From Nostocales cyanobacterium HT-58-2 (lineage in GTDB: Bacteria > Cyanobacteriota > Cyanobacteriia > Cyanobacteriales > Nostocaceae), in NCBI GenBank assembly GCA_002163975.1, contig CP019636.1, positions 7,774,942 to 7,806,941 on the forward strand: DNA of 32,000 nt, in the 5' to 3' direction. This document shows positions 26,363-32,000 of this stretch, one piece after another. The notes below the pieces were generated by a model, which saw only the letters and a program-made list of their open reading frames with translations, made no database searches and was not told the origin of the DNA. The number at the start of each line of letters is the position of its first letter. Position 1 is the stretch's first letter. The position numbers and the translations under genes were made by a program.

Positions 26363-29300
26363 TTAATCGAGATATGGTTGACAAGTTGCCTTCGCTTCTC
26401 TCTCCTCAGAACTTTCAGGCTTTTGGAAAACAGGATGATCCTGTAATCGCTCACAAGCAGCTTTCAACCAAGACTCAAATTTAATATCCCACAACCGGAC
26501 AGTGCCATCTGAACCATCACTGACAATTGTCTGTTTATCTGTGCTGATTGCTACTGAGCTTACAGAACCCTGATGACCTTTCAATTCAGTGATTTGCCTG
26601 CCATTGCTATCCCACAACCGCACAGTGCCATCCTCACCACCACTGACAACTCTCTGCTTATCTGTGCTGATTGCTACTGAGCTTACAGAACCCTGATGAC
26701 CTTTCAATTCAGTGATTTGCTTACCATTGCTATCCCACAACCGTACAGTACCATCTAAACCACCACTGACAATTGTCTGATTATCTGTGCTTATTGCTAC
26801 TGAGCTTACAGAACCCTGATGACCTCTTAAGGTAGCGACTGGCTTGCCCTTACTATCCCACAACCGCACAGTGCCATCTGAACTACCACTGACAATTGTC
26901 TGATTATCTGTGCTGATTGCTACTGAATTCACGTGATCCTGATGACCTCTTAAGGTAGCGACTGGCTTGCCCTTACTATCCCACAACCGCACAGTACCAT
27001 CTAAACTACCACTGACAATTGTCTGATTATCTGTGCTGATTGCTACTGAGATTACGGAACCATGATGACCTCTTAAGGTAGCGACTGGCTTGCCCTTGCT
27101 ATCCCACAACCGCACACTGGGATCTGAACCACCACTGACAATTGCCTGTTTATCTGTGCTGATTGCTACTGAAAATACATAACCTTGATGACCTTTCAAT
27201 TCAGTGAGTTGCTTGCCCTTACTATCCCACAACCGCACGGTGCCATCTGAACCACCACTGACAATTGTCTGATTATCTGTGCTGATTGCTACTGAGCTTA
27301 CAGAACCTTGGTGACCTTTCAATTCAGTGAGTAGCTTGGCCTTGCTATCCCACAACCGCACGGTGCCATCTGAACCACCACTGACAATTGTCTGATTATC
27401 TGTGCTGATTGCTACTGAGCTTACATAACCCTGGTGACCTTTCAATTCAGTGAGTAGCTTGGCCTTGCTATCCCACAACCGCACAGTGCCATCTGAATCA
27501 CCACTGACAATTGTCTGATTATCTGTGCTGATTGCTACTGATTTTACAGAACCCTGATGACCTTTCAATTCAGTGAGTTGCTTGCCCTTACTATCCCACA
27601 ACCGCACAGTGCCATCCTCACCACCACTGACAATTGTCTGATTATCTGTGCTGATTGCTACTGAAAATACGTAACCCTGATGACCTTTCAATTCAGTGAG
27701 TTGCTTGCCCTTACTATCCCACAACCGCACAGTGCCATCCTCACCACCACTGACAATTTTCTGATTATCTGTGCTGATTGCTACTGAGTCTACAGAACCC
27801 TGATGACCTTTCAATTCAGTGAGTTGCTTGCCCTTACTATCCCACAACCGCACAGTGCCATCCTCACCACCACTGACAATTGTCTGATTATCTATGCTGA
27901 TTGCTACTGAGATTACAGAACCCTGATGACCTTTCAGTTCAGTGAGTTGCTTGCCCTTACTATCCCACAACCGCACAGTGCCATCTGAATCACCACTGAC
28001 GATTGTCTGATTATCCGTGCTGATTGCTACTGAGCTTACATAACCCTGATGACCTTTCAATTCAGTGAGTTGCTTGCCCTTACTATCCCACAACCGCACA
28101 GTGCCATCATATCCACCACTGACAATTGTCTGATTATCTGTGCTGATTGCTACTGATTTTATAGAACCCTGATGACCTCTGAAAATATTTTTCTCCCTAC
28201 TATTTTGGACTGCACTGAATAAGCTGTCTTGTACTGATGAGGGTAATGATTGATTGGGGAAACTAAACAAAGGTGAGCGGCTTTGTCCTACAAGACTAAT
28301 TGCTCTCACCAAACTTGTTAAGGGATCTACCGATAATAAAATTTTGGCTGTTAAAGCAGCTTGTTCTGTACGCCCTCGTTCTGAGCTTTGCCACTGGTAA
28401 ACAGCAAAGCTTGCTATTGTCGTCATGAATACAAAGCCTGTACTTAATACCCCAATCCAAAGTTGTCGTTGCCGTTTTTGTTCTTGCTTTCTTGCCTCTT
28501 CTGCATCCACACAAGCATGGAAAAATTCTAATTGTAGCGGTGTCATGTCGTTACCTGCTCGCTGGTGATAGCGCTGTAGCAAGTCCAAATCAGGAGGACG
28601 CCAAAGACTTCCCTCTTTTCGCCCATGTTCATCCCAAGCTTTTGCTGCTTCTTCTAGGCGACGCCCAAAGCGAATATCACTGCGACTGCTGTCCAACCAT
28701 TGATCCAACTGACGCCAGTGCTCAAACAGCGCTTCGTGAGTGACTTCTGCTGTTTCGCCTGCTTCCGGAATGGAGGAGAGGGTAATTAAGCGCACATCAC
28801 GGGCAGCAAATTTGCCAATCACCTGTTTGACTCGCTCTGGATTGTCTTTGTGTGAGACAAGCCCTGCAAACGCAGCGCGGCGGCGGGTGTCTTTTGCCCC
28901 TTCTCCCAACTGTACCAATCCTAGAAAAACGCGTCGGGCAATTTCTTTTTCTTCAGGACTGAGGTTATCATAAATCCGTTGAGCTTCCCCAGCCAGCGCA
29001 CCGCCAACTCCACCGATTTGTTTCAGCGTGACAGCAGGTTCAATTCCTTGGGTTAACCCTTCCCAAATCCGTGACAGAGCAAACTGAAGCAAGGGTAATG
29101 CTCCCTCTCGTCCTTCGGCTTCCTCAACTAACAAATTTACCGTCGCCTGATCTAAGGGATGACCCGCCAGTTCTGCTGGTTTGGCTATTGCTCGCCGCAG
29201 TTCATCAGCAGTCATTGCTGGGATAATTAAGCCGAGTTGAGCAACGAGTTGATTCAGCACAGGATGCCTTTGGGTTTCGCCGAGAAAGTCACTGCGCAAC

Positions 29301-30028
29301 GTCACAATCACAGAAACACGGGCAGAGGGGTCAGCAGCTGCATCAACTAAATTTTCAATAAAAGCCTTGCGTTCATCAGCATTCTTGCACAGCGAGTAGA
29401 CCTCCTCAAACTGATCCACCAGCACCACTAAGGAAGATTCGGCAATCTGAGGCAGCATATCGGCGATGCGCCGCAAACCATCGTATGCACCTGTCTTATT
29501 AGTGCGTTGCAATTCATCAACAAACTCTCGTGTCTTCGCCATCGGGGTAAGATCCTGTGTCGCTACCCGTGCCAAAACCCCAGCCAAAGCGTCCAAGGGA
29601 TGCGCTCCAGGTACTAGTATCGCCACCTGCGCCTGCTTCTTTCCCGGAAGCGGTTGCCGCGCCAGTTCTGGAATTAATCCGGCGCGTGCTAGAGAAGATT
29701 TGCCACTTCCCGATGGTCCTAAAATAGGAAGCAAGCGGATTTGAGACACATCTGAGTGAAGATCCCGAAATACATTCCACAGTCGCGAAATCTGAGCTTC
29801 TCGACCAAAATAGCGATCTGCATCTTCTTCATCAAACGCCAACAAACCTTTATAAGGATTGGGACCAATTTTAGTTTCAACAGGCGATAATTCTGATTGA
29901 ACTTCTTGAGCGGTGTGATATTGGTAAATCACAACCCTATTGCCATCCCCTGAAATAATCGCACTGCTGAGTGCATCTCGTTCGATTGCGATGCTGCGAT
30001 TCTCTCCCCCAAAAGTGCTGTCACTCAT
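26363..30028 (-). CDS. STAND NTPase (nSTAND1/NACHT-like) with one hydrophobic helix and 14 WD40 blades (paralogue 2)
   Basis: 1221 aa. Walker A ILGPSGSGKSSLARAG and Walker B LVVLVDQFEE. Hydrophobic segment LWIGVLSTGFVFMTTIASFAVY (28397-28462). 14 WD40 units of 41 aa each. Confidence 0.9.
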   Translation of the reverse strand: MSDSTFGGENRSIAIERDALSSAIISGDGNRVVIYQYHTAQEVQSELSPVETKIGPNPYKGLLAFDEEDADRYFGREAQISRLWNVFRDLHSDVSQIRLLPILGPSGSGKSSLARAGLIPELARQPLPGKKQAQVAILVPGAHPLDALAGVLARVATQDLTPMAKTREFVDELQRTNKTGAYDGLRRIADMLPQIAESSLVVLVDQFEEVYSLCKNADERKAFIENLVDAAADPSARVSVIVTLRSDFLGETQRHPVLNQLVAQLGLIIPAMTADELRRAIAKPAELAGHPLDQATVNLLVEEAEGREGALPLLQFALSRIWEGLTQGIEPAVTLKQIGGVGGALAGEAQRIYDNLSPEEKEIARRVFLGLVQLGEGAKDTRRRAAFAGLVSHKDNPERVKQVIGKFAARDVRLITLSSIPEAGETAEVTHEALFEHWRQLDQWLDSSRSDIRFGRRLEEAAKAWDEHGRKEGSLWRPPDLDLLQRYHQRAGNDMTPLQLEFFHACVDAEEARKQEQKRQRQLWIGVLSTGFVFMTTIASFAVYQWQSSERGRTEQAALTAKILLSVDPLTSLVRAISLVGQSRSPLFSFPNQSLPSSVQDSLFSAVQNSREKNIFRGHQGSIKSVAISTDNQTIVSGGYDGTVRLWDSKGKQLTELKGHQGYVSSVAISTDNQTIVSGDSDGTVRLWDSKGKQLTELKGHQGSVISVAISIDNQTIVSGGEDGTVRLWDSKGKQLTELKGHQGSVDSVAISTDNQKIVSGGEDGTVRLWDSKGKQLTELKGHQGYVFSVAISTDNQTIVSGGEDGTVRLWDSKGKQLTELKGHQGSVKSVAISTDNQTIVSGDSDGTVRLWDSKAKLLTELKGHQGYVSSVAISTDNQTIVSGGSDGTVRLWDSKAKLLTELKGHQGSVSSVAISTDNQTIVSGGSDGTVRLWDSKGKQLTELKGHQGYVFSVAISTDKQAIVSGGSDPSVRLWDSKGKPVATLRGHHGSVISVAISTDNQTIVSGSLDGTVRLWDSKGKPVATLRGHQDHVNSVAISTDNQTIVSGSSDGTVRLWDSKGKPVATLRGHQGSVSSVAISTDNQTIVSGGLDGTVRLWDSNGKQITELKGHQGSVSSVAISTDKQRVVSGGEDGTVRLWDSNGRQITELKGHQGSVSSVAISTDKQTIVSDGSDGTVRLWDIKFESWLKAACERLQDHPVFQKPESSEEREAKATCQPYLD
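26486..28180 (-). repeat. WD40 coding repeat array, 14 x 123 bp, very high unit-to-unit identity
   Basis: Strict 123-bp period. For example, 27236-27358 versus 27359-27481 differ at 2 of 123 nt. The consensus unit is KGHQGSVSSVAISTDNQTIVSGGSDGTVRLWDSKGKQLTEL. Confidence 0.9.
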
Positions 30029-30058
30029 CGATTTTGCCTCTATATCAATGTACTCCTG

Positions 30059-31102
30059 TCAAATTCCCAAACCAACGATACCAAGTAGCTTATGCCAGTT
30101 CTCCCCCAACCAAGCCGTTGTTTTGGTTAAGTGAGGTTTAAGTTTTTCAACCACAGAAGCAAATCCCTCAGCTTTCTTGGCATAATCAAGCGCTCGGTCT
30201 AATGCCTTCCCCACCTCATCTTTATCCGGCTTGGGCTTGTTTACCTCCTCCTCGGCATCAGCAAAGGCATTCTCAATTTTGCGACGATCCGGACTTTCCA
30301 GCTTTGCCAGTGCTTCACACAGCGCGTTCAGTTCTGCTTGAATATCAACACTTTCAGGCGCAGGTAAACTCACAGGTTGAAATTGTATATTGGCAACGTT
30401 GCTATCTCCCGTTTGAATAGCGCTACCAGTGACATTACCCCCGATAGAAACTGAGCGATTTTGTCCCATCTTCAGTTCACTACTCCTATCATCCTCAGCA
30501 GCAGGTTTGAGGGATACAGTGTCCTCCAAACTTACTTGATTTCGACGCCGCCTTGCTTTCAGCACTGGTGTGGAAAATTCTGGAATTCCCTGTAAGTCAA
30601 TCGAAGCACGTCCTACCTCAAAAGATTCCTCATAACCTCTACCAGCACCCAACGCGTCATAAAATCCAATAGCAAACTCAATAGCAGCGACATCTCCAAT
30701 TGCTTTATTCATGCCCACAACATAATCTATATGTTGGTGAATTGCCTCTGCTTGAACTTGTGAATAACAAGCATTGAGTAAAACACACTCAATTGTGTCC
30801 TGAAACAATCCAAACAACCTTGCCAGCGATTCTGCATTCACTAGTTGCACTTGCCCAGAATTATTTTCTAAAGCCAAGCCGTCACTACCTGAACCATGCC
30901 CAGAGAAGTGAACAATATTCGGTTGATGTTCCAACAGCGCACGGCGCAGATCTTCAACTCGTATCGCCAAGGAGGTGACGATTTCAAACTGTTCTCGATG
31001 TTTGGCAAGCTTGAGCGATGCTTGGATTTCCCGCACCTCCTCATCTAGGCGCAGCTTATCTGTGTTCTTTGGATTAGCTGATAATACGAGGATTTTTTTC
31101 AC
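30059..31102 (-). CDS. caspase-like CHAT-domain protein with internal Gly/Asn-rich motif and C-terminal helical domain
   Basis: 347 aa with a GTG start. Caspase His/Cys dyad contexts are IVHFSGHG (H69) and VLLNACYS (C112). Motif GQNRSVSIGGNVTGSAIQTGDSNVANIQFQ at residues 213-242 (30377-30466). Residues 243-347 are predicted helical and end in WLGENWHKLLGIVGLGI. Confidence 0.8.
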   Translation of the reverse strand: MKKILVLSANPKNTDKLRLDEEVREIQASLKLAKHREQFEIVTSLAIRVEDLRRALLEHQPNIVHFSGHGSGSDGLALENNSGQVQLVNAESLARLFGLFQDTIECVLLNACYSQVQAEAIHQHIDYVVGMNKAIGDVAAIEFAIGFYDALGAGRGYEESFEVGRASIDLQGIPEFSTPVLKARRRRNQVSLEDTVSLKPAAEDDRSSELKMGQNRSVSIGGNVTGSAIQTGDSNVANIQFQPVSLPAPESVDIQAELNALCEALAKLESPDRRKIENAFADAEEEVNKPKPDKDEVGKALDRALDYAKKAEGFASVVEKLKPHLTKTTAWLGENWHKLLGIVGLGI

Positions 31103-31364
31103 CGTTTTTATTCACTTAGGGAAATATACTAGTTATCGTAAAGTATTGACAAATCAAACAAGATATGGGGTAGTTAGAAGAGCGTCAAGAGAACTCTTCT
31201 ACATATCCATAGGTGCAACCAAAGTGAACTTATGCAGATCGCAGAGATAATAATATCGGGCTTTGAGGATTGCGCGAGAATTGCTTTTTTAAGGGGTAAC
31301 AAGATGCCTAGAACCCAAACTAAACCAGGATTATGAAGAGTTAATTAGTCAGATAAATTTGGCT

Positions 31365-31574
31365 CTATGACTCAGTTGTGTCATTCGGTTGCTTCTGCTC
31401 ATCTAGTGCTTTTTGGATGGCTCCACGCAAAAACTCTGCTGGATTGTCCTGAGATTTTACCTGTTGATACATTGACTCAGTGACTTTTACACATAGCGTT
31501 TTATCTAATGCTTCATCCCCTTCTGCGGAGAAGCCATAGTCCTTAATATTTGGGTTTCCACCCTTTCTTGCCAT
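31365..31574 (-). CDS. small (69 aa) protein, possibly ribbon-helix-helix-like DNA-binding
   Basis: ATG-initiated ORF. The pattern KTLCVKVTESMYQQVKS...EFLRGAIQKALDE (beta strand followed by helices) is suggestive of an RHH fold. A truncated paralogous copy is at 8336-8386. Confidence 0.5.
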   Translation of the reverse strand: MARKGGNPNIKDYGFSAEGDEALDKTLCVKVTESMYQQVKSQDNPAEFLRGAIQKALDEQKQPNDTTES

Positions 31575-31706
31575 TGTTATAGTTACGATACAAATATTGA
31601 CTTATTAATTGGTATACCTATTAATATATTGATTGGCAGTTATCGCATCTTGCCGGACGGGATAACTACCTAGCCCAATTTCAAGCGAAAAGGACATTAC
31701 CATTTT

Positions 31707-32000
31707 ATGTTCACCCGAACAGAATTAGAGCGCAAGTCAATCAAAGAATTGCGCAATCTTTGCTTGCACGTTTACGAACTCAAGCCAATAGGAAATACAG
31801 CATACAAGGATTCTTACATTAATGCCTTGCTTGTTTTCCCTGCGATCGCACTCAGACAAATTAAAGCTGGTACAGGGTACAAACGTATTAGAGAATCTCA
31901 TCTAGACGCACTAGGAGCAATCATTGAAGCGATAGGTTCTCCCACACAAGAACAGAAAGCATTGCTCAAGGTAACTATGGAAGGTAAAACAATGGAATTT
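31707..32000 (+). CDS. hypothetical protein, 5' part (runs off the window end)
   Basis: ATG at 31707, followed by 98 codons with no stop to the window edge. It is absent from the ORF track only because no stop lies inside the window. Begins MFTRTELERKSIKELRNLC (SAP/HeH-like helix pair). Confidence 0.4.
   Translation, partial: MFTRTELERKSIKELRNLCLHVYELKPIGNTAYKDSYINALLVFPAIALRQIKAGTGYKRIRESHLDALGAIIEAIGSPTQEQKALLKVTMEGKTMEF

Noticed and set aside
26254-26454. 66-aa ORF overlapping the 3' end of the 26363-30028 gene
   Set aside because: Only its last 18 codons (26254-26310) are meaningful, as a relic of the CHAT gene tail. The rest overlaps the NTPase gene out of frame.
26486-28180. Regular 123-bp periodic repeats that could be mistaken for a CRISPR array or satellite
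   Set aside because: The repeats are contiguous with no unique spacers, and the period is a multiple of 3. They sit in one long ORF translating to canonical WD40 blades.
22486-30028. Diversity-generating retroelement as the source of WD40 hypervariability
   Set aside because: There is no reverse transcriptase ORF in the window, and I could find no template/variable repeat pair with adenine-specific differences. Variation is better explained by repeat recombination.

Overview
Cyanobacterial (Nostocales-like) chromosomal DNA. I count at least 12 copies of the HIP1 octamer GCGATCGC by eye (near 1003, 1527, 1751, 8499, 20690, 20720, 25413, 25497, 26008, 26212, 31843), where about one is expected.

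Positions 1-6.2 kb look like ordinary core genes:
- the 3' part of an alpha-glucan phosphorylase
- a DUF429-like gene
- an EcsC-like membrane-associated protein
- an orphan HigA-like HTH gene
- a B12-binding radical SAM enzyme

From about 6.3 kb to the window end the DNA is a mosaic accessory island:
1. An AT-rich tyrosine integrase gene (6579-8018).
2. A Bell-like helical / Gly-Asn-Gln-rich ORF and an NB-ARC-TPR STAND NTPase. They lie in one frame and are separated only by a single TGA (8480-10474).
3. A decayed replicon or virus-like element of about 11.5 kb (about 10.97-22.44 kb). It has a Toprim/SF3 primase-helicase gene, four orphan genes and a collagen-like coiled-coil protein.
4. Two lesions in that primase-helicase gene. 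One is a 3713-bp Tn552/Tn5053-style transposon (resolvase, DDE transposase, AAA+ ATPase; TG..CA ends; about 165-bp terminal inverted repeats with 4 sub-terminal sites each; 6-bp target duplication AATAGC). The other is an 85-bp tandem duplication inside an inverted array of 12-bp GTGGAG iterons.
5. A minus-strand cassette (22486-31102) with a caspase-like CHAT protein followed by two paralogous STAND NTPases. Each NTPase has 14 nearly identical WD40 blades.

The CHAT protein and both NTPase N-termini share a short Gly/Asn/Ser/Ile-rich motif of about 28 aa. This is the signature expected for prion-like NLR-to-effector signalling. I consider this cassette the most interesting candidate system in the window.

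All domain assignments come from motif recognition in the translated ORFs. No database search was possible.
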